DNA from: Octopus sinensis
Lineage: Eukaryota
Direction: 5' to 3'
Length of the DNA stretch: 64,000 bases
Assembly: GCF_006345805.1 (NCBI RefSeq)
Contig: NC_043001.1
Coordinates: forward strand, 134,974,001-135,038,000
Notes under the pieces: generated by a model
Seen by the model: the letters and a program-made list of their open reading frames with translations, nothing else
What the model was told of the DNA's origin: nothing
The model's database searches: none
Shown: piece by piece, positions 1 to 13,845 of the stretch
Layout: every line of letters begins with the position of its first letter
How positions within the stretch are numbered: the stretch's first letter is position 1
Made by a program: the position numbers and the translations under genes

Positions 1-5
1 ATGGA

Positions 6-391
6 TGGAAGCACTCCGTCGGTAACGATGATGAGGGTTCCGGTTGATCCGAATCAACGGAACAGCCTGCTCGTGAAATTAACGTGTAAGTGGCTGAGCA
101 CTCCACAGACACGTGCACCCTTAACGTAGTTCTCGGGGATATTCAGCGTGACACAGAGAGTGACAAGGCCGGCCCCTTGAAATACAGGTACAACAGAAAC
201 AGGAAGTAAGAGCGAGAGAAAGTTGTGGTGAAAAAGTACAGCAGGGATCACCACCATCCCCTGCCGGAGCGTCGTGGAGCTTTTAGGTGTTTTCGCTCAA
301 TAAACACTTACAACGCCCGGTCTGGGAATCGAAACCGCGATCCTATGACTGTGAGTCCGCTGCCCTAACCACTGGGCCATTGCGCCTCCAC
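6..391 (-). mobile_element. tRNA-derived SINE, family A (full length)
   Basis: Reverse complement starts GGAGGCGCAATGGCCCAGTGGTTAGGGCAGCGGACTC (A-box TGGCCCAGTGG, B-box-like GTTTCGATTCC) and ends GGAGTGCTTCCA(TCCA). Near-identical to six other copies in the window. Confidence 0.9.
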
Positions 392-1086
392 TACTTGCTC
401 ATTATATTACTAGTGTTACAAAAATGGTAAGTCTATTCCTCTTAAAGTTTATTTAGAATCTAATCATTTTCCTGTAGCATTTATTGCCTTACATTAAAAA
501 TCCCTTGTCTGAACATGTTCCACCCACTTCTATAAACTACACACACACACATGCATATATGAGGAAATTATCAACCACACCTCTTTCAAATCTCAGCAAA
601 CTAATAAATCTAACCTTTTCTCTTCAAATGACATTAGCAACAATGCTGTTAATATTTCAGTAACCATTTTGTAGTATTTAATTATGTCCTCTCACATTCA
701 GAGTTCAAATCCCACTAAAATTGACTTTGCCTTTTATTTCACAAAAAAGAAAAAAGAAAAAAATTCCTGTGATGCCTGGAATTTATTAAAATGACTATAC
801 TCTGGGATCACTCCACTCGCTAGATAATATGTATTTAGTCTTGTGCAGAAGTTAAAATTCATTAGTATATTTCCTAAAGGCAGAATCAGTAGAGCGGGTA
901 TCAAAATGCCTGACACAACCCTTCATATCTTGAGCTAAATCCTGCCATGGTTGACTTTACTTTTCAGTCTCTCATAGTAGAACAATTATCAAGTACACAA
1001 GTCAATTTATATGACTTACCCTCTCTCCACACAAATGAGTGTCTTGTGTTAATATCAGAAAGGGTTATTATTTTATTATCATCAAT

Positions 1087-1508
1087 AGGCGCACGAGTGG
1101 CTGTGTGGTAAGTAGCTTGCTAACCAACCACATGGTTCCGGGTTCAGTCTCACTGCGTGGCATCTTGGGCAAGTGTCTTCTGCTATAGCCCCGGGCCAAC
1201 CAATGCCTTGTGAGTGGATTTGGTAGACGGAAACTGAAAGAAGCCCGTCGTATATATGTATGTATATATAAGTGTGTGTGTGTATGTGTTTGTGTGTCTG
1301 TGTTTGTCCCACTAGCATTACTTGACAATCGATGCTGGTGTGTTTACGTCCCCATCACTTAGCGGTTCGGCAAAAGAGACCGATAGAATAAGTACTGGGC
1401 TTACAAAGAATAAGTCCCGGGGTCGATTTGCTCGACTAAAGGCGGTGCTCCAGCATGGCCGCAGTCAAATGACTGAAACAAGTAAAAGAGTAAAGAGAGT
1501 AAGAGAAT
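1087..1508 (+). mobile_element. tRNA-derived SINE, family C, with internal (TA)n(TG)n microsatellite
   Basis: Head AGGCGCACGAGTGGCTGTGTGGTAAG...GGTTCAGTC; CORE-like CTTGGGCAAGTGTCTT; tail GGCGGTGCTCCAGCATGGCCGCAGTCAAATGACTGAAACAAGTAAAAGAG. Matches copies at 40286, 52707, 58228, 60026. Confidence 0.9.
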
Positions 1509-1879
1509 ATATCTCTCCATTACTTTCTTTAGCCAGGATAGGCAAACAGTGTGTCTCTCCGGTGGCTAAACAACTGAAGACAGACACTTTCCTTTTTACC
1601 TAAGAGCTCATTAATTTCTTCAACTCTACCTGGAAAAGGAGAAGATAGGGCAATACTGCCCATCAGTGAATTATTGAAAGGTGGGTAAGCATAATGAAAA
1701 TGGTCCTTGTAAATGAGCCTGCCCTCAACATGCACCTGTAAAGCAGAGAACACAGCTTAATGCTCTTGGCATTAAGGATAAACTAGGAATTATTGAGTTG
1801 ACCTCTGTCCCTGGGACATTTCATTTCATTTATTTCTATACCGTTGTTTTCCAACTTACCATCTAATGGGGTTGAGAAA

Positions 1880-2199
1880 TATTGTCTCCTGGGAAAAAAG
1901 CACCATCCGAATCATGGCCGAAGCCAGTGCCGCCTCGACTGGCTTCCGTGCCGGTGGCACGTAAAATGCACCAATCCAACCGTGGCCGATGCCAACCTCG
2001 CCTGGCACCAGTGCAGGTGGCACGTAAAAAGCACCCACTACACTCACGGAGTGGTTGGCGTTAGGAAGGGCATCCAGCTGTAGAAACATTGCCAGATCAG
2101 ACTGGAGCCTGCTGCAGCCTCCTGGCTTCCTAGACCCCGGTCGAACCGTCCAACCCATGCTAGCATGGAGAACGAACGTTAAACGATGATGATGATGAT
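1880..2199 (+). mobile_element. RTE LINE 3' UTR only (5'-truncated copy)
   Basis: GGTTGGCGTTAGGAAGGGCATCCAGCTGTAGAAAC and (GAT)n tail; same 3' end as the RT-encoding RTE copy at 22436-24064. Confidence 0.85.
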
Positions 2200-4039
2200 T
2201 AGGAAACATGTTTTTTTTTTGTTCAATAGTGTGTTTGGCTAGTTTGCCTCAATTTCTGTATATGAGGACCAACATGCTCATATTATAATCATGTTATTTT
2301 CTTATTTTGATCTTAACAAACAGAGAATATTTTTAATATTAAAGACTTGTAGATGGAGCATAATTTATTGACCAATTTCTCCCCTGAAGTAGAGGTAGGC
2401 TGGATTGTAGTCACACTTCTATACAAGAAGGAGGACAAGATACAATTGATCGAAATTACAAGAGACGGGCTAACAATTCCAGTCTGTTATATATTTTGAG
2501 TATTGTTTTAAGACAGAGGTATAAAAATTAGCTTGTGAAATCTATAGGAGTTAACAGCATACAATTTGCATTATGATGGTGAATGACTAATTTGTTGAAT
2601 TCTGATTAGATTAGTCTGTACATTGGTGTATTAATATTATTAGCAATAAGATTTGCTGTTTAGAAATTAATCATCCGGTGCAGAACTTAAAACCTAACGA
2701 AAATGTTTTTGCTTAAATTCCTTGTATAAACTGACTTTTCATATGTCAGAGAAAGAATGGTGAGGAGTGAGGCAACAAACTCTGTCTTTCAGGGAGACTG
2801 TAATTGATAAATTTTGATTAAATGTAATGTAGGAAAATAAACCTTTTAAAGAAGTTCTTACAACGTAAAAGGGAGTTTTTACGAGAGAAAAGGTGAAAGA
2901 GGAAGAGAAATTAGGCGAATGACTGTATGTAGCAGCAGCAACAATAACGGTTGCAGGTGGTATCTATCCACAGCTACAGGTCTTGGAGAGGGAACATGGA
3001 ATCTTATGGAATCTGAAACTGGATAATAGCTTTGACAAATAAAAATAAAGAAACAAGAACAGCCTAGAAACAGTTAACAAAAATAATAAAGAAATCCGAA
3101 CGAAATGAATGCAGTGTAAAATAATATGGTAATGTGAATGAAGGAGGGAGTAGGTTGTAGTATCGCGATTTGACTACTACACCTCTACGACGGCAGCTGG
3201 GTAAAACGGTTGTGATGTGAATGTAGAGAAATAGGGAGAATAAAGAAGATTAGTGAATGATAATAGGAGTGACTGATGACTGATGTAATTGAAGAATTTC
3301 GTATAGTGAAAGGGAGTGGAACAGAAAGTGTGCTGCAGTCATTTACAAATGTCGACAACATTATTATTGATGAAGATGATGATGATGGTGGTGACGATAG
3401 TGATGACCATGCAGGCAAAGAACCATGCTTTCAATGGAATTTTCGGTAGGTTCTTATCGACAAGCCCGTATGAATCATTTTTATCGAACAGCTTTCATCG
3501 TCACTGTGGTTATATTTTATTATGAATAAGACACAAGCTGCAGGAAGGATATTAATATCTCGTTTCATTTTCATGCTTTGCAACCAATGCGATCAAAACT
3601 ACGAAACGGCAATGGTAATAATGGTAATGGTACTAATAGTAATAGTAGCAGAAGTAAAGTTATCGCGAAAGGCATTGTGATACAGGTTGGCTGCTTCTAT
3701 CCCTGTTACACAAAATTATATCATGAATACTGTTAATGTTGGTAATACCCACCTCCACCCGTAATATATATATTGTAAGATGTGTGAGGAGAAATAACTG
3801 ACACTTTGATGGAGAATAAAATAAAAACCACATTTATTACATCACTGAATAAAAGAATATCTGAATAAAGCGAGTAACTTTGATGGTTGTTTGAAGATAT
3901 AGTTTGTACCCGAGTAATAGGTACCCGAGTAATATGATAGCTTACTACTTGTGTTGGAGAATTTTTGGAGAATTTTAAGTCACACACATAGGAGACGTCT
4001 AAGGTGTTCTAATGTTTAATTTTTGTTCTTCTCTTGACA

Positions 4040-4434
4040 TCTTTATATATAAAAGTAAGGTGTGTCTGTCTCCTACGATTTAGATTCCTAACTACTCCCA
4101 CATTTTGCGGTGCAGTTTAACCAAAACCGGGTATCTTATAGTCGTGATTCATATCAAGCCCTTCTGGGTATTAGCGCGCGTCTACGATGAGTCTACAATT
4201 TTAAAAATAATTTACCATAATTTTTTTCCATTTTAATGCATTTTTTCCGCTATTATATAAGGGAAGTAACTCTCTAAAAATGTCTACGATGAGTCAACGA
4301 TTTAAAACAAAATTACCATAATTTTTTTCCCATTTTTAATGCAGTTTTTTGCTAATTTTTGACTATAACTCTCTAAAAATGGTTATATAGTTATTTCCCT
4401 TACAAACCCGAGCAACGCCGGGCGATACTGCTAG
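4040..4434 (+). mobile_element. Non-autonomous Helitron
   Basis: A|TC 5' end, subterminal hairpin CCCGAGCAACGCCGGG (4407-4422), CTAG|T 3' end, no TSD. Second close copy at 43349-43741. Confidence 0.85.
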
Positions 4435-4552
4435 TATAATATATACATTAATAACATATTTCATAATTTGGCTTGAATTGTAAGAAAACGGTATCCAAGG
4501 TTAGAATAACCATCACACGAAAAAAAAAAGAAAAACCGTTTCACGTGGTAAA

Positions 4553-4740
4553 TACACACGTACACACACACACACGTACACACACACACACACACGTACA
4601 CACACATACGTACACACACACGTACACGTACACAGACACACACGTACACACACACACACGTACACACACATACGTACACACACACACACACACACGTACA
4701 CACACACACGTACACACACACACACGTACACACACACACA
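4553..4740. repeat. (CA)n/(CACGTA) compound microsatellite
   Basis: Direct reading; explains the low-complexity ORFs here. Confidence 0.95.
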
Positions 4741-4899
4741 TATCGACCAAAGTATAAAATTAAAAACGATTCACATCATTAGACAATATCTTTCAGTGTG
4801 GATGTTTGTTATATTATCAAAAATTGTCCAAGTGGGAAATGGAAATAACAAGAACGCGACTGGAAGGGAATTTTCTTAAGGAAGGCGAAACATATTTAA

Positions 4900-5105
4900 T
4901 AATTAGTATTGGCGGGTAGAATCGTTAGAGCATCGGGACATTTGAGTTCGAATCCCACCACCGAAGTTAAATTTACCTCTCATCCTTTCGGGCTCAATAA
5001 GATAAAGTACCAGTCAAGTACTTGGAAGGATAGATATAATCAACTAATCCCGCTCTCTGTATTCCTGGGCCTTGTGCCCCATGCTAGAAAATTATTATTA
5101 TTATT
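4900..5105 (+). mobile_element. Older SINE, family B-related
   Basis: GAGTTCGAATCC B-box, then TTTACCTCTCATCCTTTCGGGCTCAATAAGATAAAGTACCAG core and GGCCTTGTGCC tail shared with other B-related copies. Confidence 0.7.
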
Positions 5106-5684
5106 ATGAAAGGCGGAAAGGAAAAAAAAAAAAAAGGCAAAAGGAAAAAAAATGGCTTTATTCCAGTATAAGAAATCCTCCTCATCATCCTCAACGTCAA
5201 TACAATCCACCACAGTCAGCATCATCATTATGGCCAGCATCCTCATCACTACCCATCAGCACATTCGTCATCATCATTACAACCACTACCACCACCATCA
5301 TCGTCTAATTTTTGCACTGCTTCGCTTATGCATGCGAGCAACAATTGCCGCCTTGGTTATATTTTTACTCCCGTTCGATTATTATAAAACTCATAAAGAG
5401 GACGAAACAACCAACAGACCCTAGTTGCTAGTCTTAATGATGAAAGGAGTTCGATCACTTGAACATGCCAGGCGCAATGTCATTTCTAATTGATAGGTCG
5501 GTCGCTCTGACTACGGTTACACACCAGTACACACCAATATAGATGCAGCAAAACCTCTTAGACGTATAAATGCTAACGAACTAAAAATATTTGACTGACG
5601 TTAGTAAAATATACCAAAATTAAACCTAGCAATGTTTTACACCACTACCTCACTAGATTTTTTAATGCAGTACACAGGTACACT

Positions 5685-5935
<251 letters not shown>

Positions 5936-6090
5936 ACAGAAAGAGAGAGCGGGCACACAGGTATATTAGAAAGACGAGAATTATAAAACTGAATAATAGA
6001 TCATGTCGATTTTCGACCAACTCTTCCGCTTTCTATCGATTTTCATACAATGCAGTATAGTAGTTGTTCTACTAGTTGTTTTAGCTTAGC

Positions 6091-6112
6091 CTCTCTCTCT
6101 CTCTCTCTCTCT

Positions 6113-6152
<40 letters not shown>

Positions 6153-6153
6153 G
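6091..6153. repeat. (CT)n-(TAC)n microsatellite
   Basis: Direct reading. Confidence 0.95.
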
Positions 6154-6882
6154 CTTTTAGTTGCACCTGTAGTAGTAGTAGTAATATTAGTATGGCACAC
6201 GAAAACATTAAAACAAAAACAGAATCGAATTTATAAACTTTCGCTCTGTATCTCTCCCTTTTCCCTACTTAAATATTACAGTGATGATTTAGTAGAATCT
6301 AATGTAAATTTTCATAGAATCACACACCTCTATAACACACACACACGCACACATACACACACACACACCACTGAAATTGTTTAATATGTTAAATGAGTAT
6401 TATTTTTCAAATGCTTGCAAAGAGAGTTGATTAAAAAATTACATACAGAATAATGAATAACAATATATATAATTTTAAAAATCGATCAAATATAAAATGA
6501 ACCACGAGAATTTCAAAGATTAATTTAAATCGCACATTCCAAGACCACACAAGAGAGAGCATTATAATTTTTGATAAAAATTACTTATAATGCTACCACT
6601 TTTGAAAAATAATAATTTGGTATTTTTTGTGTGGTTGATAGTTTTACTGCATGAAGCAAGATTTGTTACCATGCCAACATCTTGAAATGAATATGAAGGT
6701 AGTGGGAGCATACCCCACATTTTTGAGAGTATATTATTATATGTAACCACACCTTCATCGGCAAACATTCTTTTTTTATACCGTTCGTAATAACAATTGC
6801 AAACAAACGTTTCTTACAAATTATGGCTTAAATTATGAAAGGGTTTTCAGTAAAAAGAAATAAAATAAAAAAGAAAAGAATG

Positions 6883-6920
<38 letters not shown>

Positions 6921-7001
6921 AAAGCTATGAAGACAACACAGGAGGGACAAGTTTTAACAAATTGTATATTAGTTTAACGCTTAAAAATAAGGAAAAAAAA
7001 A

Positions 7002-7035
7002 CTTGACGTTTCGGACGCTTGCCATTCATCAGAAG
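7002..7035 (-). ncRNA. Minimal type-I hammerhead ribozyme motif (Penelope pLTR type)
   Basis: Minus strand CTT-CTGATGA-A-TGGC-AAGC-GTCC-GAAAC-GTC-AAG: stem I CTT/AAG, intact core, palindromic stem III ACGT, GUC cleavage triplet. Confidence 0.7.
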
Positions 7036-7588
7036 GAAGGAAAATAAAGGAGAGCGAATGAGAAAACAGAGGGAGGAAATAGAAAGGAATGTGAAGAGAA
7101 AGAAAAAGGGGGCAGATGAAAGAAGTGAGGTCGTCGCGGGAGATTAGGTACAATATAGGAGATATTGAAAAAGAAAAAAACGGTTGTATAAGCGTTGACA
7201 ATATATATTATGAAGGCAATGAACAGGCGCACACATATTTCCTAAGGATGAAACTTCAAATATCTGACACTGAGTTTCATGTCACCGTTCTTCGAATGAA
7301 GTCAGAAGAATGAAACAAGAAACGTGAAACACTCACGAAATTCGAAGTTGCAGCTTTAATTAATACATTTTAGCACTCTACATTAAGTATTTAGTACTTG
7401 TATTCCCCCCCCCACTTCTTTACACTGAAGCTTAATACACACACACATTACATACATATTTACATATCCATCTGTATAACACACACATCAATACACATAT
7501 GTACGTACATATATTTACACACACGCACACACACTCAAATATATAATACCCCCATATGCATTCGTTATTTATCTGTGTGTGTGTACTC

Positions 7589-7654
<66 letters not shown>

Positions 7655-7859
7655 CGAGGAAGCCTCTACATTAAAAATATCAGCTAACTCTCCCTCAAAT
7701 CTCACACACTAAGGCTTTAGAAATGGACACATCAGAGAATATGGTCCAGAACATACCACTCTTAAAATGAGATTGTCACAACTAGAATATCGGTCATCAA
7801 ATCGAATGACTGGGGGTTAAATGACAGCACCAACGTGTTTGCACACATATACATTTAAT

Positions 7860-7890
7860 ATGTGTGTACATGCATGTACATATATATGTA

Positions 7891-7949
<59 letters not shown>

Positions 7950-8110
7950 ATATATATAAATACATACATACACGTACATATGTGTGTACATGCATGTACA
8001 TATATATGTATATCTATCTATCTATCTATCTATCTATATATATATATATATAAATACATACATACACGTAATAGATATATATATATATATATATATACAT
8101 ATATTTGTGT
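7860..8110. repeat. (TATC)n/(AT)n compound array with a ~120-bp local duplication
   Basis: ATATGTGTGTACATGCATGTACATATATATGTATATCTATC occurs at ~7859 and ~7979. Confidence 0.85.
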
Positions 8111-8762
8111 GTTGATGTGTGTGTGTATATATATGCATATGTGTGTACACACACACGCATGCACACTGCACGCTCATACATATATGCGTGTTTGTAGCTG
8201 ATATATAATGTGAATAGGAGTCGATGGATTAACAACCATGATGCGTGAACGGTATGTTTTGGGTGAGGTAAGCCAAAACCCCGAAAAAAAGAAAGATTTT
8301 TTGGACGGATAGATGCGATGACTGAGCTGTGTGTTGACAGGTGATAGATGCTGCATTGCAGACCTAGTCAACCCATGTCAGCTGGTAATAAAAAAAAATG
8401 TACACTAAGACGATATTGATGATGATGATGATGGTGGTGGTGAGAATGAAGGGGAGGATGATACACAGACAGTGATAAAGGAAGACAGACTTACAAATGA
8501 ATGGAGATATCGTAGAAAGGATGTTGAGACAAAATAAAAATGTGCGTAGATGGAAATATTACACAGATAGACAAAGAGATAGATATGAATAAAATAGTTC
8601 ATGTGTAGAGAAGGGGATAGAGAGCGACAGAAGTGTAACATTTTATATACGTATTGAGAATAGGTAGGGTTAATTAATACAAAGAGAGATAAACAAATAT
8701 AGAGACATATGGATAGGTAGATATATATATAGATGAATAGGAACACAGAAATAGACATAGAT

Positions 8763-8799
<37 letters not shown>

Positions 8800-10854
8800 T
8801 GTGAAAGAGAGAGAGAGTGTGTGTGTGTGTGTGTGGGAGAGAGATCGATAACATACACTTTCTCTTACACACACGATAGAGGCGAAAGAAATGAATTTAC
8901 AATAGGGAGTATCTGGAGCAAAACGAATACGAAGAGAAAGAGAAAGAGTAAGAAAGACTAGAAAGAATAGAGAGTGTGTGTGTTGCAAGGTGGTGGTGGG
9001 GGGAGAGAAGGGAAGATGGTAGAAAATATTATTTCACGACCTGACATGAATTAAGTAAAAACCCAGTAGCAGTAGTTTCAGTAATTTTATAATCAAAGTG
9101 AATATACAAGTAGTAGTAGTGGTGGTGGTGATGGTGGTAGTAGTAATAGTAGTAGTTTGCTTCCACCCTTCCCCAAATCTGCCTCGGATACAGTAAGACA
9201 TAATTATATTTTCTTACTTCAGTCATAGAATATCCAAATATCATAGTATATATACAAATGCATCCATAATTTTTTAAGACGGAAGAGTGTGATTTCAGGA
9301 AAAATTTGGCTGCTCTTTCGAGCAGGTTCTAGCGATCGCGTCGAGGTCCTTATGTTGGGAGATGATATAAAAGATAGCGGCAGTCGTTGAGAATAGCAAC
9401 AGCATCAAATACTAAAGATTAATGACATCAGATAGTAATAGTAATTAATAATAATACTAATGATAATTGATAATCATAATGACGACGACGACGATGATGT
9501 CTTAATTTGCTAATCACATAATGTTATCTTCTACCACTAAGTGGAATTACGAGTTCACTTCTCTATTTACAGGGGGGTAGAAAAAAACAGGGGACCCCTG
9601 TGACAGACAGAACTTTCTTGTGGGTATCAAAGCGCGACAGTTCGATATACCGAGTCTTTTTATAGAATTCGGTTGGAATAGCCGAGTCGTTAGCACGTCG
9701 GACAAAATGTCTACGGGGTATTTTAGTTACGGCCCTTTATGCTCAGAGATCGAATCCCACCAAGATCAACTTTGCCTTTCATTCTTCCAGAATCGATGAA
9801 ATAAAGTACCAGTCAAATATATTCTAGAAGAGATAAGCATTTATACAACTGAAAGGCCTAAAGTTGGTTAACCATGACCATCACACACACATCTCTCTCT
9901 CTCTCTACACACACACAAATGTATATATATATATATTTTTGAGTGTTGTGTGACTAACTAAAACTACATCGATGAATGTGATGAGACTGACGAAATTTAT
10001 TTTTAAAAGAAGAGATATAATCGATACATTGAAATAAGAGGCGACACATTTGAGGAAGGGGGTATCATAGTGCACTTCGTCGAGACTTGAACTCAGAACG
10101 TAGAAATTACTAAATATTATTAGACATCTTGTCCGATGCCCTACCAATTCAACATCGATAATGAACTTGTGTTCACTTCACCGACTGCTTGGTCAGAAAG
10201 TGATTTGAAATCAGAACAGTGAACAATATACAAAATACATGGTCAACCTCTAGTTTTTGAGGACCTCACTTTCCTATTTGGGAAACGGGGATAGATATCG
10301 ACTCCAGTACGCAACTTGTACTTCATTTTAACGAGTCCGGGAGAAAGAGGGCCAATTTGTGAGCTTTGCAGGATTCGAACTCAGATCTCAGAATGTGAAG
10401 AGCCAGAGTCAACTACCTGAAGACATTTTGTCCGACCTTGATGACTCTATTGAATAATGATTGATGATGACGGAGATGTTGATGACAATGGTAAGAAGCA
10501 TGATGATGAGGATGTCAGGGCGATCATGCTGTGCTGGCGACAGATGTGATGTGTTAATTAATAATAGATGTGATAATGCTGTAGTGTGTTATTGGTAGTG
10601 TATATATGCAAGTGTGTATATATGTACGTATGCATGCATATATATATATAGACACGTGGAAAATAAAGGTACAAACATTAAAACGTTCTTTATATCTCGT
10701 CTCACATATAATGTAAACTGCTACATGTTGATTGTAGTTTCTTTTTTAGACTAACATGCATTATATACCTATAGGTATTCATACATATATGTGTGCGCAT
10801 ATATATATATATATATATATATGAAAAAATGTATAAATAAACGAATGTAAAAAC

Positions 10855-10981
10855 GTATGTATGTATGTATGATGTATGTATGTAGTATGATGAATGTATG
10901 TATATACGTACGTGTATGTATGTATGTATGTATGTATGTATGTATGTATGTATGTATGTATGTATGATGTGTGAATGTACG

Positions 10982-11013
<32 letters not shown>

Positions 11014-11415
11014 TGATGTGTGAATGTACGTATATGTATGTATGTACGTATGTATGTATGCATGTATGTGTGAATGTACGTATATACGTACGTGTATGTA
11101 TGTATGTATGTATGCATGTATGTGTGAATGTACGTATATACGTACGTGTATGTATGTATGTATGTATGTATGTATGTATGTATGTATGTATGTATGATGT
11201 ATGTATATACGTACGTGTATGTATGTATGTATGTATGTATGATGTATGCATGTATGCATGTATGCATGATGTATGTATGTATGATGTATGTAGGTATGTA
11301 TGTATGTATGTATGTATGTGTATGTATGTAGTATGTATGTATGTATGTATGTATGTATGTATGTATGTATGTATGTTATGTATGTATGTATGTATGTATG
11401 TATGTATGTATGTAC
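10855..11415. repeat. (TATG)n tetranucleotide array
   Basis: Direct reading; source of the 150-260 aa YIHT/MYVC ORFs. Confidence 0.97.
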
Positions 11416-11894
11416 GTATATAGTACGTATATGTATGTATGTATGTGTGTGTGCGTGCGTGTGTGCTTGTGTATAACATTTCAACAGAAATCGATTTCGT
11501 TGAAACGATATTTTAATTCAATTTTTTTACCGAAAAGAAATTGTGAGACCACAAAGAAAGAAATAGGAACATAAATAAACGGATGTAGCAATTCAATTAC
11601 AGAAGCAACACATTCACAACACACACACCACACACACACACATCACACATCCATACGCATATGTCGGTGTACGTATGTACGTGTTCACACACACACACAC
11701 ACACGCACGCACACACATTTATACATACAGATATGAAGGTGTGTAAATATATATATATGTAAAAATTTATATATATATATATATGTATATATATGAAATT
11801 ATAAAATTAATTAAGGGTAGAAATTGATATTATCAATTAAAACCAGTGGTCTAGCATATTAAAAAGAATCCGAAGATTAAAATATATATATATA

Positions 11895-12082
11895 TACCAA
11901 TTAAGGACTGAACACGAAAAAGTGGACAGTCAACATGCTAGATATAGACGTCAAAATCGCCATTCTCCACAAAGATTATGTTCTCAAATAAAGCTAGCAC
12001 AAAATCTTGTGGAGAATGGCGATTTGACGTCTATATCTAGCATTGTGACTGTCCACTTTTCGTGTTCAGTTCTTAATAGGTA
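11895..12082. repeat. Long imperfect palindrome embedded in (AT)n
   Basis: Left arm 11895-11977 is the reverse complement of right arm 12003-12082, apart from a few substitutions and homopolymer indels; 25-nt spacer. Confidence 0.92.
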
Positions 12083-12089
12083 TATATAT

Positions 12090-12147
<58 letters not shown>

Positions 12148-12429
12148 ATATGTGTGGTGTGTGTGTGTGTGTGTGTGTGTATTAAATGTCTGTCGACACA
12201 TCTGTGTGTGTGTATATATATATATATAAAACATATATAAAAGATTGTTTTCGTTTATTTCCTACTCCGATTTTGCGTATGTGAATCGCAGGGTTTGTCG
12301 TATATGGAACCTCCACTTGTAAAAAATGGGAAAAAATAGTCTTTGACTGCCATTTCTAATTCCTTCGGTATGCGGCGAAGCAGCCTGTTGCCCGCCCTTT
12401 TAATTATATAAACATATATATATATATAA

Positions 12430-12453
12430 ATAGGTACATACATACATATAAGG

Positions 12454-12485
<32 letters not shown>

Positions 12486-12845
12486 GGTACATACATACAT
12501 ACCTACATACATACATACATACATATAGGTACATACATACATACATATAGATATACATACATACATACATACATATAGGTACATACATACATACATACGT
12601 CATACATACATATAGGTACATACATACATATAGATATACATACATACATACATACATATAGATATACATACATACATACATACATATAGGTACATACATA
12701 CATACATATAGGTACATACATACATACACACACACATACATACATATAGGTACATACATACATACATACATACATACATACATACATACATACATACATA
12801 CATACACACATATAGGTACATACATACATATAAGATATACATACA
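12430..12845. repeat. (TACA)n array (reverse complement of TATG)
   Basis: Direct reading. Confidence 0.97.
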
Positions 12846-12999
12846 TGGATGATCAGTCAATAGATATAATCGAATACAAACTTACCTTAAAAGAGTAATA
12901 ATAACATGATCTGATCGCAAACAGGTAAATGATATCGATTACGACCCTCACACACAAACACTACCTTGTTGCCACCGCAGAAAACACACACACATATAT

Positions 13000-13550
13000 A
13001 TATATATATATTATAGTTGTGTTTTCCGGGGTAGAAAAACCAAGCAGTGCTGTGCCGCCCGGGGTGGATGAAATGTACAAGTGCTCCTTTCTCTAATTAA
13101 AAAAAAAACTTCACTCACTTCTAGTTTCTATATATACACACACATATATATATATATATACTAAAGGTAGATCTATGTTAATCTACTGGACGAAAAGAAG
13201 GCGTTTTACTCCGACTATGTGATTTTTTTTTTAGTGTACGTTATGGCCAAATGTTGCGCTTTCCTGTCGCTATTAGAACAACAACACTGCGACAGAGCAG
13301 CGGCGGCATTAAACAAACAGTTGAGATATTGCCTTGCCTCTCTCTCTCTCTCTGTCTCTGTGTCTCTCTCTCTGTGTCTCTCTCCCTTCGCCGAGTAAAA
13401 GCGAGGTTGGTCTGCCTTGCATGGAAAGTGGAAAGGCAGGTCATGTGACTCTCTCTCTCTCTTTGCAGCCAACCAGCAGCCGCGGCAGACGATTGATGCG
13501 TGCGTGTGCGTGCGTGCGTGCATAGTAGCAGCCGATGCTTCAGTCGCTTT
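13000..13550. promoter_or_regulatory. Possible promoter / 5' UTR-like region
   Basis: Non-TE sequence, locally richer in CpG (GCGGCGGC, GCCGCGGC), with GTCATGTGAC E-box at 13440-13449. Inference only; no transcript evidence. Confidence 0.25.
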
Positions 13551-13599
13551 TTTTTGTTTTTTGTTTATTTGATCTTTTTTTTTTTTACTTTCGGTTTGC

Positions 13600-13845
13600 A
13601 CATACACACACAGAGACACACACACACACGCGCGCATACACACACACGCGCACACAGACACAGACACACACACACACACACACACGCACACAGACACACG
13701 CACACACAGACACACACACGCGCACACAGACACACACACACACACGCACACACACACCAACACACACAGACACACACAGACACGCGCGCACACACACACA
13801 CGCACGCACACACACACAGACACACAGACAACACACACACGCTCA
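13600..13845. repeat. (CA)n/(CAGA)/(CG) compound microsatellite
   Basis: Direct reading. Confidence 0.95.

Noticed and set aside
54-257. Recurrent ~67-aa ORF MVVIPAVLFHHNFLSL... (also at 24685, 48302, 55949, 57543)
   Set aside because: It lies inside SINE A and recurs only because the SINE recurs; frames break in other copies.
12255-12400. Non-repetitive ORF tail MAVKDYFFPFFTSGGSIYDKPCDSHTQNRSRK as a possible exon
   Set aside because: No recognisable domain and no convincing splice acceptor; too short to support.
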